Source: Paramicrosporidium saccamoebae KSL3
Taxonomy: Eukaryota; Fungi; Cryptomycota
Reading direction: 5' to 3'
Length of the DNA stretch: 5,718 nucleotides
Assembly: GCA_002794465.1 (NCBI GenBank)
Contig: MTSL01000162.1
Span: 1 to 5,718, forward strand
The notes below the pieces were generated by a model. The model was not told the DNA's origin, did not search any database, and was given only the letters and a program-made list of their open reading frames with translations. Positions 5,573 through 5,718 of the stretch are shown here, piece by piece. Both the position numbers and the translations under genes were made by a program. Each line of letters opens with the position of its first letter. Within the stretch, counting starts at the first letter, position 1.

Positions 5573-5718
5573 TTACATGCCGTCCTTGTTTGTCAAGGAG
5601 TAGTTACTGGACGGACCGATCAAGGGGGTGTATTTCTCAAATTCAGCTCTGCTCGGAGGATACAGAGACCAAAACTCGTAGTACCAGAGGGTGCGATCGC
5701 ATCCTTGCAGCAGGTGGT
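5573..5718 (-). CDS. Probable 3' end of an upstream gene of unknown function (partial)
   Basis: The frame is open from the window edge: HLLQGCDRTLWYYEFWSLYPPSRAEFEKYTPLIGPSSNYSLTNKDGM* (TAA at 5573-5575), with AATAAA about 50 bp downstream. It is only 47 codons long and no family was recognised. Confidence 0.45.
   Translation of the reverse strand, partial: HLLQGCDRTLWYYEFWSLYPPSRAEFEKYTPLIGPSSNYSLTNKDGM

Overview
The window holds a head-to-tail, minus-strand array of three related, apparently intronless genes encoding predicted secreted proteins: A (245-658, 137 aa), B (1257-1748, 163 aa) and C (1995-5135/5147, about 1046-1050 aa). All three start with a homologous signal-peptide-like leader followed by a Ser/Thr-rich linker. 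All share a TTCCAATTGG-type upstream motif, and each is followed by a conserved non-coding element with an invariant 17-mer (TAGTGGCAAATGATAAA). A and C share an ungapped 65-aa N-terminal module (39/65 identical). A ends shortly after this module, whereas C continues into a divergent eukaryotic-type HECT E3 ubiquitin ligase domain. That domain keeps a candidate catalytic Cys but has a roughly 140-aa acidic insertion in its C-lobe. B keeps the head and tail of A but has a different, charged core. Also present are a possible decayed fourth unit between A and B, a 12 x 10-bp phased repeat upstream of C, and the probable 3' end of another gene at the right edge. The CCAAT/AATAAA-type signals, HECT domain and compact intronless layout suggest a compact eukaryotic genome, plausibly an intracellular parasite with a modular secreted-effector family. 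This is inference: the organism cannot be identified from the window, and a giant virus is not excluded.
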